A stretch of DNA of 64,000 nt from Rickettsiales bacterium (GTDB lineage Bacteria > Pseudomonadota > Alphaproteobacteria > Rickettsiales > BLZN01). Position numbers and translations under genes: made by a program. Every line of letters begins with the position of its first letter. Position 1 is the first letter of the stretch. Shown here piece by piece: positions 10,711 to 20,739 of the stretch. The notes below the pieces were generated by a model, which saw only the letters and a list, made by a program, of their open reading frames with translations, searched no databases and was not told the origin of the DNA. The DNA is taken from the NCBI GenBank assembly GCA_014132315.1, contig BLZN01000104.1, forward strand, positions 35,623 through 99,622, in the 5' to 3' direction.

Positions 10711-10999
10711 CCTGCTAAAACACTACCATTTTTGATAATAATAAGTCATAAATTATAAATAGCTAAATAAAAATATAAACCGCTTCTGATCTGCAGGCAA
10801 ATATAATAAATCCTATCATAAATCATAAAAATCCGTCTAGGAAATCAGCGTAGCCTGATTTAAAAAACATCAATAAGGCTTATTGCTGCAAATCTTCTTT
10901 TATCCTCTGGAAGCATCATGCATAAAGCAGATAAAATAGCATCAGGACTATTAATAAGAACTGCATAGCTTGCACAAAAGCACCCTAAAGGACCCATAA

Positions 11000-12001
11000 C
11001 TAAAGAGCCTCGTCAAACACGCCGCTATTGGTTGAATATTCAAAATTTAATATATTATCCGGGTGCACCAGGCTATAGATGCTGCGGCAGGCCATCGCAG
11101 CTTCTGCAAAGGCACTCAATATCAATTTTAGCTTACCTGGGTAAGTAACCACATCGCCTATAGCATAGATTCCAGGTGTGCTGGTAACGAGAGTTTCCGG
11201 GCTAACCTTGATGCGTTTGCGCTCGATGTCAAGCCCCCAGCCGGCAATAGGACCCAGATCCATCGATAAACCAAAAAAAGGCAACAAAATATCCGCTTCT
11301 ATCTCTTTCATAGATCCGGCAAGGCTCCTCAGAATGACCTTATTTATCATTCCACCGCTGCCCGAGATATCATGCAGATGATAAGGCGTGACGATTTCCA
11401 ACGAGCCTACATCGGCCATTTGCCTGAGTTTTAGCGTACTACTCGCAGTGCAACGAAATTTATCGCGCCTGTGCACCAGATAAACGTTTTTGGCCACCCC
11501 GGCAAGAGCAATAGCCCAGTCTGCAGCAGAATCGCCACCGCCGGCAATCACTACCTTTTTGCCGGCAAAATCTTCTGGTCTGTGCACCAGATAAAAAACT
11601 GTTTTGCCCTCATATTGCTCTATTCCTTCTATCCTCGGCCTGTTAGGCCCAAAAGCACCGCAGCCGGCAGCTATTATGATCGCCTTAGCTTCAATAATAT
11701 TACCCACAGAAGTGACCAGCTGCCACTGGCTGGCTCTGCCACTGATTTTTTCCACCCTCTGACCAAGATGATAAATCGGAGCGAATCTCCCCGCTTGGGT
11801 TTTTAAGTTCGTTATTAGATCCTTTGCTAAAATAGCAGGACATGCAGGAATATCATAAATAGGCTTCTCGGGATAAAGTGCAATGCATTGACCGCCTATA
11901 AAATCCAGTGCATCAATTATACAGCTGCTCAGGCCCAGGCGCCCAGCCTCAAAAGCAGCAAATAAGCCCGCAGGCCCAGCACCTATAATTGCGATATCCA
12001 T
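11000..12001 (-). CDS. thioredoxin-reductase-type ferredoxin--NADP+ reductase
   Basis: FAD motif IIGAGPAGLFAA, then GGQCIALYPEKPIYDIP (typical of YumC-type FNR) and an NADPH motif IAGGGDSAADWA. The likely true start is the internal ATG at 12001 (MDIAIIGAGPAG); the track ORF extends to 12145. Confidence 0.8.
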   Translation of the reverse strand: MDIAIIGAGPAGLFAAFEAGRLGLSSCIIDALDFIGGQCIALYPEKPIYDIPACPAILAKDLITNLKTQAGRFAPIYHLGQRVEKISGRASQWQLVTSVGNIIEAKAIIIAAGCGAFGPNRPRIEGIEQYEGKTVFYLVHRPEDFAGKKVVIAGGGDSAADWAIALAGVAKNVYLVHRRDKFRCTASSTLKLRQMADVGSLEIVTPYHLHDISGSGGMINKVILRSLAGSMKEIEADILLPFFGLSMDLGPIAGWGLDIERKRIKVSPETLVTSTPGIYAIGDVVTYPGKLKLILSAFAEAAMACRSIYSLVHPDNILNFEYSTNSGVFDEAL

Positions 12002-12338
12002 AATCCGTATGCAGATGTTTAAAAAATAACCTAGTATGACTAGTATACAGCAGAAAGCCCAGGATGCAAAAACTGGACAGGCATTGCAGCTGCCAACATA
12101 TCCCGCAAAGAGATAAAGAAGGTAAGATTTAAGATAAAACTGCAATAATGCTAGTGAAAATAATCATTGCGGATCATTTCTAGTTTAGACAAAATTGCTT
12201 AAAGCATTCTCATTTCAACCAAAAAATAATTTTAAGTAAAATAACCTAAAAAGATATATTTATTATACTATTAACCTATAATATATCTAGAACTTAAGTC
12301 AGCTACTATACTTTCATTTTTCATTGCTCCTTTTTGGG

Positions 12339-12644
12339 TTATAGGTAGTAATTATCAAATTCTACAACGAATACCATAGTATTTGGTGTTTCGTTGTATT
12401 CAGTAACAATTGCCGTGAACTTGTACGGAAGATCATTATCTACAGCATGCATTAAATCATCAGCAATCATCTCATAGGTAGTGGTATTCCTGTAACTTGC
12501 AGTACTATTTTGATGATATCCATCAGCATCGAATGATCTGAAATATCCAGTTCTCATATCATTATACCTACTATCGTAATATAATGAGTTAGGTTCGCCC
12601 ATGTCCCATTTAATAGTAAATCTATCATTAGTCATATTAGTCAT
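12339..12644 (-). CDS. small acidic Tyr/Asn/Thr-rich orphan protein (101 aa)
   Basis: Isolated ORF in an AT-rich spacer. Upstream carries the same TTAATATAATATT motif found before the small ORFs at 20.7-21.2 kb. Starts MTNMTN, like the MTDM and MTSK starts of the other small ORFs. Confidence 0.45.
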   Translation of the reverse strand: MTNMTNDRFTIKWDMGEPNSLYYDSRYNDMRTGYFRSFDADGYHQNSTASYRNTTTYEMIADDLMHAVDNDLPYKFTAIVTEYNETPNTMVFVVEFDNYYL

Positions 12645-12669
12645 TGTTCGTCTCTTTTCTTATTTTGTT

Positions 12670-12682
12670 AATATTATATTAA
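12670..12682 (-). promoter_or_regulatory. TTAATATAATATT promoter-like motif (contains a TATAAT -10) upstream of the 101-aa ORF
   Basis: The minus strand reads GTTAATATAATATTAAC, with TATAAT 28 nt before the ATG. The same 13-mer core occurs at 20980-20992 and 21138-21150. Confidence 0.4.
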
Positions 12683-12793
12683 CATAAATTGGTCAAGATG
12701 TTAAGGGATTATTTAAAATATTTTTTCCTATATATTCTTGCTGTGAAGCAAGAGACTCGAGTTCTCTGGTATGCTTGTAGTAATCTTCACCTT

Positions 12794-13097
12794 TTAGTCT
12801 ACGAGTATTAATAGAAAATCAGAAGCTGAAAGCAATATCCACTCAAATAAGCAAGAGAAGCAGCTGTGCAGAGGAATAACAAGGGCTATTAGTATATGCA
12901 ATGCACGAAGGAGAGGTAATTTTAATGCTATTATATATAGCAATATTAAAATTATAGATAATGAACATAGAATCTTGTGCATATGCACAGCCTATAACAT
13001 ATGCAAACGCACTGTCTTTATTTGCAAATAATGCTAGTCTAAAGGAAATTCCGGAAGACACAGCCCAATAAAAACTAAAAATCCTCCAGAGATGCAA
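12794..13097 (-). pseudogene. frameshifted relic of a membrane-protein gene
   Basis: Two overlapping hydrophobic ORFs (64 and 84 aa) lie in different frames on the same strand. No intact gene occupies the 12645-13519 gap. Confidence 0.3.
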
Positions 13098-13519
13098 AAT
13101 ATTCCTTATATTCCACCATCAATCAGCAGCAAAACTCAACAAGAAACTATTACAGGTTGCCATGAGAAAAGAGCAACGAGGGATTTGCTATTAAAACTAC
13201 AAACAAGGTGCCGGTCAAGAATGAATATGGGTCTATACTGCCATTTCTCATAAGCCCTGGCTATCTAACATGCTCAAAGCGGACAAACAAGATTGCCCAA
13301 GAAGAACGCAAAGCATGCAATATAAGGCACGGAGCAACTCGCTGTGCTTTGAGTCAGATCGCTTCTGGGCAGAGCAGGCCTGGTTCTGGGCAAAATCTCT
13401 AATTGTACATAACTAATTGCGCACATAAACTCAGAATAATTGCAATAAACCTGCCAAAACATTGCGATAAGGCTATATTAGTTATTATAATGAGTTCGCA
13501 CGTCATCAGTCCTTAACTA

Positions 13520-14518
13520 ATGAAAATCACGCCTGCTAAGATAGAAAATTTTCTAGATGATCCAAAGATAGCCCATGCAGCGCTTCTGTATGGCAATGAT
13601 CATGGCAAGATCAGTCTATATGCTGAAAAGCTGAGCAATAATCTCAAGCTAGAGTCTGCTAATGCAATCACTAATATAATAAATTTGCCCCCTGCTAGCC
13701 TCAAACAAGGGGCACTAATAAACGAGATTAACTCTATAAGCATGCTGGGAGACAAAAAAATAATCATAATCAAAGAGGTCAACGAAAGTGCATTTAGCGA
13801 TATCCAACAAGCTCTGCTCCGGCCGCCACAAGATTGCTATATCATCGTTACGTCACATAAATTATCAGTAAAATCAAAGCTCAATCAGCTCTTTGAAAAA
13901 TCAGAGAGCATGGCGTCAATCGGCTGCTGGCAGGAAAGCGGTAAGGAACTGGAGCAGTTCATTAGAAAAAATCTGGGCCAATACCGCCTAGATAATAGCT
14001 TGGTAAAAAAATTAGCGGAATATCTACAAGGGGATACCTTATTCGCTTTGTCTGAGCTCAACAAACTTTCGCTATACCTAGTAAACAAGCCAAATGCAAC
14101 AGAAGAAGAAATAATAAACTGCATCGTAGATTCAGGCGAAAAAACACTGGATAGTTTGTGCTTGGCAACAGCAGACAGAGACATAGCAAAATTCATGGCG
14201 CTCAGCGAAGAACTCCTCTCCTCTATCAGCCCTATTTCTGCCATCCGTGTGCTCTATAATTATTTCTATCGCCTAGAAAAAACTCTGAGCTTAGTCCAGC
14301 AAGGACTAAATATGCAGCAGGCAATTTCTCGCTTGAAGCCACCGGTTTTTTTTAAGAATATGCACCATTTTAAGCGCCATCTGACAGAATGGAGGGTAGA
14401 AAGCCTTCGAGAAATGTTAAAAAATATGCTAGAATTAGAAATAAATTGTAAACAGAATGCAAATCCTAAACACATTTTTAAGCAATCTATGGTTATAACA
14501 ATTTTGGAATCAAAATAG
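13520..14518 (+). CDS. holA: DNA polymerase III subunit delta
   Basis: 332 aa. N-terminal LLYGNDHGKI-type motif, with length and helical C-terminal half typical of HolA. Confidence 0.7.
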   Translation: MKITPAKIENFLDDPKIAHAALLYGNDHGKISLYAEKLSNNLKLESANAITNIINLPPASLKQGALINEINSISMLGDKKIIIIKEVNESAFSDIQQALLRPPQDCYIIVTSHKLSVKSKLNQLFEKSESMASIGCWQESGKELEQFIRKNLGQYRLDNSLVKKLAEYLQGDTLFALSELNKLSLYLVNKPNATEEEIINCIVDSGEKTLDSLCLATADRDIAKFMALSEELLSSISPISAIRVLYNYFYRLEKTLSLVQQGLNMQQAISRLKPPVFFKNMHHFKRHLTEWRVESLREMLKNMLELEINCKQNANPKHIFKQSMVITILESK

Positions 14519-14534
14519 CATAAGTTTAAAAACA

Positions 14535-14849
14535 ATGGAAAAAAATATAGTGGAAGATACACTAAAAAATATAAGAAGGATGATAAACAGCAAGGAACAG
14601 GAACAAGTTGCACATTTGCTTCCTCATTTGTCAACTTACACCCGCACAGATGTTCTGCTGCTAACTGAGGCAATAGAAGAAAATCAAGATATCAATGAAG
14701 TTTTTATAGCTAGGGAAGCTAAGCAAGCGGAAAATTTAGGTGCATTGAAAGCAGAATTTTCTGAATGGCTAGACCAAAACCTCCCCTCATTAATCAGAAA
14801 AACAATAAGACAGGAAATAGGCAAGGCGCTCAAAAAAATGCTGCCTTGA
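14535..14849 (+). CDS. popZ: miniature PopZ-like (DUF2497) protein
   Basis: Three PopZ signatures are present: N-terminal EDTLKNIRRMI (cf. Caulobacter MEEILASIRRII), a central VLLLTE motif, and C-terminal EWLDQNLPSLIRKTIRQEI (cf. KEWLDQNLPRIVE). Confidence 0.65.
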   Translation: MEKNIVEDTLKNIRRMINSKEQEQVAHLLPHLSTYTRTDVLLLTEAIEENQDINEVFIAREAKQAENLGALKAEFSEWLDQNLPSLIRKTIRQEIGKALKKMLP

Positions 14850-16730
14850 GGCATAATCCATGAATGCAAATAGCGTCTGGTTTCGGTGAATCTTGCAATT
14901 TTTTGGCCAAATTTGTCCAAGCTGTGTACGTAATCATAACAGTAGCTGAAATAGATTTGCGGCCAAGAATGGCGCGTAGGGCACAACAAAGAGTGGCAAA
15001 TGCATCAATAAAGCCTAGTATATGCCCTGGGATTTCTAGGGCCCTTTTTTATTGCTCAATTATTGTTCACAAATCCATAAAAGATGTCGCCCCTCGTGAG
15101 CAAAGATAATGCAGAGGGAATTATACTTCTTCTGATATTGAGCATAACCCTATTATGCACAATGCTCTTGAACATGCACAAAAGCGACCTTCATCCACAA
15201 AAAAGCAAGATAAATCAGCCCATATATCTCAACATGTATGTAGATACATGGGGCCATAAACAGTCCCGAGATGCAGGTACATATCCGCAAACCATCCGTA
15301 ATAATTGAGTCTATGAAAATGCAAATTTGCAGAATGGACACACAAACTCACCATTATTTATAATGTATTATTAGAAACCCGGAGCCTTTGCGAAAGACTA
15401 GGAGAAATGGCAATGCGCAAACGGGAGAGGAAAAATACTCCGGACTATTTTACCAAAGAGGACTGATATTTATGGCGATGACAGCAGAAAAAAATCAATA
15501 AAGACAGGGCATTAGAAGCCTCAAAGGTTGATCTAAAAAATTAATTTTGTGCCCATACTGCCCAAGAGCTATGCCCTAGAAATATAACAATTAAGTTAAG
15601 ATAGCGCTCGACGCAACCAAAATTTAAAGATAGAAAACATGAAGAGCCATAAAGAGGAAATATAAGGGGCATATAATCTTAAATATAATAGCAAGGTCGA
15701 GCCCCGCATAAAGAACATCTTTTATATGGTTTGCCGGCCGGAGCAGCGCCATATCTATGCATATAGCGCAGCAAACGCGCGCATAAAAGCAATGAGGCTC
15801 GACAATCTGTGTTTTTATTTTGATTCTAGCCTACAAACCTTCAAAGCAGAAGGCATCAAGGGCAACATATAAGCAAGCGGGACAAAGAAGCATCGACACA
15901 ATAATTAAAATTAGTAAGGTCCATACAACGCTGCAAAAAATATGTAAACTAAGAACACAGAGGCCATGGGGGCACATCCAGTGCATATAATGAATATTTT
16001 GTTGGACTCCTGGCAAAAATTACGAATGGCAAAAATATGATGCGATCTTGATGAAAATAATACAAAGCTCTGCATGCACAACCCAGGATAATGCCTATAT
16101 ACATAAAAAAGCAACAAAGGGAATTCAAGAGGGGATGGACAGAAGGAAGCGGAGGATAAGCCACATGAAAGCCGCATGTGCAGAGCCCTGATGGGCAGAT
16201 TATCCAAGACGCACCCCTAAATATGAAATGGTCCACCTATCAAGAACATTATCAGAGGAGATATTATGAGATTACGCCGGAGAGGTCGGATTATTAATCT
16301 GGAGTTGGGGCGACAGATGCGGCGCAGGCTGATTCAAGAGTTGAGAAGTAATCTTATTTACTAAAATATTAATTAGTAATATATCTATTAGGCTTAAAAT
16401 TATTATATATTTTGTATATTAATTATGTATATAATATATGCTATGCAATAGAAACAAAAGGCTATAAGGTAAATTAATGATAATGCCGCCACAAAATTTA
16501 GGAATGAAAAATGAGCGGAAGAATCCTGCATTCAAGCTGAGCGAAATTAAAGCAAAACAGAGGCAAGATATCCGCACAAAGCGAGAGCCAAAGGGATCAC
16601 AAAGAGCCAATAATGAGAGGCACGCATGAATCATGCTCATATTCAGGGCCAGGAAGCCTTAAAAGCAAAGAGTCGACATCTGTGCTTTGCGCTAAAATAA
16701 CAGATTAAGTATACACTAGTAGAATTACAG

Positions 16731-16760
16731 TATAGCTATGACTTAAAAGTCATAGCTATA
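16731..16760. repeat. perfect 13-bp inverted repeat with a 4-nt loop, immediately 3' of the capsid gene
   Basis: tatagctatgact-taaa-agtcatagctata. It lies 14 nt downstream of the capsid stop on the minus strand. There is no U-tract, so it is not a canonical intrinsic terminator. Confidence 0.6.
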
Positions 16761-16773
16761 CAAAACCGAAATT

Positions 16774-17997
16774 TTAGGCAGAAAGCTGCAATAACCTTAG
16801 CGCCTCACCGCACACTACCGCACCACCAACTCTTTTTGTAATGTAAAAGGTAACCATAGGCTTAGATGTATAAGGATCCCGCAAGACGCTCACACCAGAT
16901 CTGTCAACAATCATATATCCCCGTTTAAAATCACCCAAAACAACCGAGAGCGAATTAGTTGCAGGAGCCATCATATCAGCAGCCTGATAAACCGGGAGAC
17001 CAAGTATAGTGTCAGTAGTGCCCATAGTCATGTTAGGCTGCCATATATAAGTGTTACTGGTAGGGTGCTTAAGTGTTCTTATAAGTTGCGTAGTGGCACG
17101 ATTCATTAAAAATGCAGCACCGGATATATAATCTTCTTTGAGATCGTAGTACATCTTGATGAGATTATCAACGGTAATGCTGCCATTGGTGCCAGATTTT
17201 ATCCTTTTGATATAATCAGAAGATCTGGAATTAGTACGAGTTAAGATGCCTTCGGGTTTCAGCGCTCCATCTCCTTTGATGAATCCCTCGCTTTCCTTTG
17301 CTGCAAATGCCTGCCCAACCTTCTTAATCAGCCATTCCTCAACATCAACAGATGCATCATCTAGCAGCTGCTGTGTTATCTTAGGATTAGCATAAAGTTC
17401 ATTTACTGTGATAGTCTTACGATTAATCCTAGGAGTGTTAGTATTTCCGCTGATTACGACATCAGTGGCGCCAGACCAGTCAACCGTAGGACTAGTATAA
17501 TCTTCGAGCACCTCCAAAGATGCGGTAGAAATATTCTGCACTGTTGCCAGCTGCCTTATGGGAGAACCTTCCAAAGCCGCCTTGCTCATCTCTTCTGCAG
17601 CAGCAGGATCAACGAAATAACCCCCATCCGCATCCCTCTCATTAGAGAGAGTCTTGGTTTGCAATCTGCGCAACGGCCCTTCTGTACCACTACGCAAATA
17701 TGAGCGAAAAGCACTCTTATATTCTGCCATATCTTCATCAAGCACATGATAATCACTGTCAGACGGGCCAAATCCTGGTCTTTGCATGGAAAGCTCAATC
17801 TTTCTAACCCTTTCCTTGCATTTATCAATGTTATCATTTATCCTTTTTAATTGGGTAATGGTTAGTGTGTCTGCAGAGCCTCTTTCTCCAATTTCACGCA
17901 ATCTCCTTTCGTTCACTTGCTTAAATTGCTCCCATGCAGAGCATAATTCATTCACTTTGCGTGTAGCATCAGGTATAGACATAATATATCCCTCCAT
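16774..17997 (-). CDS. HK97-family phage major capsid protein
   Basis: 407 aa. Coiled-coil N-terminal delta-domain-like region followed by an HK97-fold-like body (...GGYFVDP..., ...FLMNRATTQLIRTLK..., ...LGLPVY...). Sits directly after the prohead protease. Confidence 0.85.
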   Translation of the reverse strand: MEGYIMSIPDATRKVNELCSAWEQFKQVNERRLREIGERGSADTLTITQLKRINDNIDKCKERVRKIELSMQRPGFGPSDSDYHVLDEDMAEYKSAFRSYLRSGTEGPLRRLQTKTLSNERDADGGYFVDPAAAEEMSKAALEGSPIRQLATVQNISTASLEVLEDYTSPTVDWSGATDVVISGNTNTPRINRKTITVNELYANPKITQQLLDDASVDVEEWLIKKVGQAFAAKESEGFIKGDGALKPEGILTRTNSRSSDYIKRIKSGTNGSITVDNLIKMYYDLKEDYISGAAFLMNRATTQLIRTLKHPTSNTYIWQPNMTMGTTDTILGLPVYQAADMMAPATNSLSVVLGDFKRGYMIVDRSGVSVLRDPYTSKPMVTFYITKRVGGAVVCGEALRLLQLSA

Positions 17998-18035
17998 ATT
18001 ATAATTTATATTAAGCTTTTAGAAATGTACTAAAA

Positions 18036-18590
18036 TTAGCTAGCCAGTATCCTTAGAGCTCTATCTATAGCTCCAAATAAATCTGGATCATTGTTTATCC
18101 CTCCAGATTCATGCTTGACCTGAGTCACGCGCGCTTTTTCATTCGCAGGATTAACAGCCAAACTTATTTCAAAGACATAGCCTGTGGCAACATGGGTAAT
18201 GCCAGTTTCCGGGTCTATATAGTACCTAAGGGGAGCCCAGCCAATAGACACGCCGTTAAATACACCCTCTTTCATCATCTCATAAACCTCACGTGCACGC
18301 TGCACATCAAGGCAAAGCTGCGCCTCAAAATACAATCCTTTTTTATCTTCTTTGGCATCTAGTATTTTGCCTATCGGCTCCCGGGCTATGTGACTCCAAA
18401 GTAGAGTTATGCGGTCAGGGTCCAGATACTCAAAAGCACCTGGATACGTGATATCATTATGCAAATCCAAGTAATTAAAAACACTTGCATACCCAACAAT
18501 CTTGCCAGTTTCCTCAACTGACTTTATCCCCAAGATAGGCTCGGTTTTAAAAGTTTGGAAATTATGAGAAGCTCGTGCAACTGCCGCCAT
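18036..18590 (-). CDS. HK97-family prohead serine protease (S78)
   Basis: 184 aa. GYASVFN..D.HNDITYPGAF, LLWSH....PIG (His) and GVSIGW (Ser) match the S78 signature. Confidence 0.85.
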   Translation of the reverse strand: MAAVARASHNFQTFKTEPILGIKSVEETGKIVGYASVFNYLDLHNDITYPGAFEYLDPDRITLLWSHIAREPIGKILDAKEDKKGLYFEAQLCLDVQRAREVYEMMKEGVFNGVSIGWAPLRYYIDPETGITHVATGYVFEISLAVNPANEKARVTQVKHESGGINNDPDLFGAIDRALRILAS

Positions 18591-18677
18591 ATTACCCCCT
18601 AAAAGTATTTAATTGGTTAAATATTAAATATCTTTTGTTGCTATAAAATTTAAAATTTTAAGATTTATTGCAGAATG

Positions 18678-19205
18678 CTATTCGTTGTAGTATAAGGCGG
18701 TAACTGGATCTGCATACATTAGAGGAACAGCACTTATACTAACCCCCATGATCCACAGTGTACTATAAACTTTTATTCCTTCCTCTACACTGCGCTCTTG
18801 GTCTATTATGCTCTTAGCCTCCATATAGTAAACTGAAGAGTTCATAGACACTCCAAACCTCAGCATCGCATAAATCTCTCTAGCCTTCTGCACCTTCAAG
18901 ATAAGCTTAGCTTTATAATACAGACCTTTTTCGGGATCTTCATAGAGACTCAGTACTTTGCCTATCGGTTCTGCCTGATTAATATTCCACACAACCGTGT
19001 GGTCAACGAAATCTATATTCTTAAAAGCACCAGGCAATGCTCTACCACCGGCACCGGGAGTGCCAAAGGGCAGAGAATTAAGGGGACCATCATAACCGGC
19101 TGCATAGCCATAAATTATGCCATCACCTTCCACTCCACTGGACTCAAACCCCGCGACGTTATCATTTCTCACTATTTCAAGAGAATTAGAACTGATTCTT
19201 CTCAT
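18678..19205 (-). CDS. prohead-protease paralog lacking the catalytic His (probable pseudo-protease)
   Basis: 175 aa, alignable to the neighbouring protease (GYAAGY...LPGAF...VVWNINQAEPIGKVL..EDPEKGLYYKAKL..VQKAREIY). The SH of LLWSH is replaced by NI, and the N-terminal region carries a Gly-rich insertion. Confidence 0.7.
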   Translation of the reverse strand: MRRISSNSLEIVRNDNVAGFESSGVEGDGIIYGYAAGYDGPLNSLPFGTPGAGGRALPGAFKNIDFVDHTVVWNINQAEPIGKVLSLYEDPEKGLYYKAKLILKVQKAREIYAMLRFGVSMNSSVYYMEAKSIIDQERSVEEGIKVYSTLWIMGVSISAVPLMYADPVTALYYNE

Positions 19206-19254
19206 AATTACTCCTCATAAAACAAGTCAAAAATAGTTCGCAAATCTAGCATAC

Positions 19255-20481
19255 TCACTCAAGCTCATCTCCCCCAGCCACAGGACCAAGACCCACTGCT
19301 TCTCTTTTTTCATTTGTGGTCATAAAATCTGCAACTCTCACTCTATCCCATACCTTATCCTGCTTTGCACTAATTGCGCCTATTGAATCTATGTCATAGG
19401 CCAGCCTTAAATTATCGGCAAAAACACAGGAGATGGAATTATTCATACCTTCAATTATCTTATCCAAAAGAGGCAAAACAGTTTGCTCCCATAGGGCTAG
19501 GCGAGCTTCAATTAGATTACTGTAGGTATTGTCTCCCGGTATGCCCAGAAGCTGTGGAGGCACCCCAAAAGCAAGCGCAATATCGCGTGCAGCGCTATAT
19601 TTGACATTTACGTAATCCATGTCCTTAGGGTTTATGCTCATCTCTTTCCAGTCCAGTCCACCCTCAAGCAACATCGGTCTGCCTGCATTTCCGCTGCCCA
19701 TATATAATTCTTCTATTTGCTTCTTGATGCGCTGATATTGATCTTCGGCCAAAATTCCGCCACTCCCATCCGTAGCAGGCTTGACCACCAGAGCTCCGCT
19801 AGGTCTAGCGCCATTTTGCAGCAAGGCCTGGTTCCAGGCGGCAGCCTGATTATGCTGATCTATGCTATAGGCCGCAGCTTCAACTGGAGAAAGACCGTAG
19901 CGGTCATCAGTGGGATGAAAAGTTTTTAAGTGCAGGATATCGGATTTTCCACTAAATTTATTAACCCGAAAATTCTTGACCTTATCACCTACCTTATATT
20001 CATAACTCATCAGGCCTTTTTCAGTAGCTACAATCTTGATGCGATCAGGTCTTAGCAGATATAATTCTTCGGGATATTGTCTGGAGCTAGAATAGGCCTT
20101 AACTACATATGCATTGCCGCTGATCAACAAATATTCAATAATATTTTCAATAAAATCCACCCCAGACATAAAAGGATTGGGCTTCTGCAGCAAATTTAGC
20201 AAAGGGTGAGTGTTTAGCTCCGCCTGATTCTCAGCATTATATAGCTTAATGGAGACAGAGGACGCTGCAGCCGCTATCATGTTAATACATCTGTGGACTA
20301 TAACATTTTTAATGTAGCCCTCTCTGGCAAACTGCACATAACCCCTACCGGTCCATGCCGGATCACCCATGGAATAAACAAAAGATCTCTGCGCAAAAAG
20401 ATCGTGTCTCAAGTTAGAGCCATTAATACTTTTTGTATGTTTATTGCGTAGTCTTTTTGTTAACTTCTTTACAATACTCAT
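19255..20481 (-). CDS. HK97-family phage portal protein
   Basis: 408 aa. Size, position upstream of protease and capsid, and portal-like conserved stretches (...GNAY..., ...YGLSPVEAA..., ...LAFGVPPQLLG...). Confidence 0.85.
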   Translation of the reverse strand: MSIVKKLTKRLRNKHTKSINGSNLRHDLFAQRSFVYSMGDPAWTGRGYVQFAREGYIKNVIVHRCINMIAAAASSVSIKLYNAENQAELNTHPLLNLLQKPNPFMSGVDFIENIIEYLLISGNAYVVKAYSSSRQYPEELYLLRPDRIKIVATEKGLMSYEYKVGDKVKNFRVNKFSGKSDILHLKTFHPTDDRYGLSPVEAAAYSIDQHNQAAAWNQALLQNGARPSGALVVKPATDGSGGILAEDQYQRIKKQIEELYMGSGNAGRPMLLEGGLDWKEMSINPKDMDYVNVKYSAARDIALAFGVPPQLLGIPGDNTYSNLIEARLALWEQTVLPLLDKIIEGMNNSISCVFADNLRLAYDIDSIGAISAKQDKVWDRVRVADFMTTNEKREAVGLGPVAGGDELE

Positions 20482-20739
20482 ATGCCTCTGATTCCATCTA
20501 TTAGAAAATTAAAGCCACAACAAGCTTATAATTGCATTATAAATGCCGCGCGAAAGTGGCGGAAGCAAATATTTAGCAATCCTAAGCTTATAGATTATTG
20601 CAAGCTTACAAAGATGAGAAAAAGAGGCTCTACTTATAAAGTAGTCTGTCTTAAGTAGAAAAACATAGGTAATTACAAAAGACTATCTTAAATAAATCTC
20701 TTAATAATCGCCCTATCCCTCTGCTGTATAATGACATCC

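Larger units (their letters stand above)
16774..20481 (-). mobile_element. isolated HK97/GTA-type head-morphogenesis module (portal, protease x2, major capsid); prophage or GTA remnant
   Basis: Four co-oriented intact ORFs follow the canonical portal-protease-capsid order. No terminase, adaptor, tail, lysis, integrase or repressor genes lie on either flank. Confidence 0.75.

Noticed and set aside
10842-10861. A 7-bp stem hairpin, aaatcag-cgtagc-ctgattt, in the gmk/FNR spacer.
   Set aside because: It is not followed by a T-tract in the orientation of the only gene that ends nearby (the FNR gene on the minus strand). Terminator function is not supported.
15420-15450. gggagaggaaaaatactccggac, which superficially resembles the RNase P RNA GAGGAAAGUCCGG motif.
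   Set aside because: There are several mismatches, and none of the other conserved RNase P blocks or pairing partners could be found nearby.
16266-16364. A 32-codon Arg-rich ORF (MRLRRRGRIINLELGRQMRRRLIQELRSNLIY).
   Set aside because: It has no convincing SD and lies in a tract that otherwise looks eroded. It is too short to distinguish from chance, so it is mentioned only as context.
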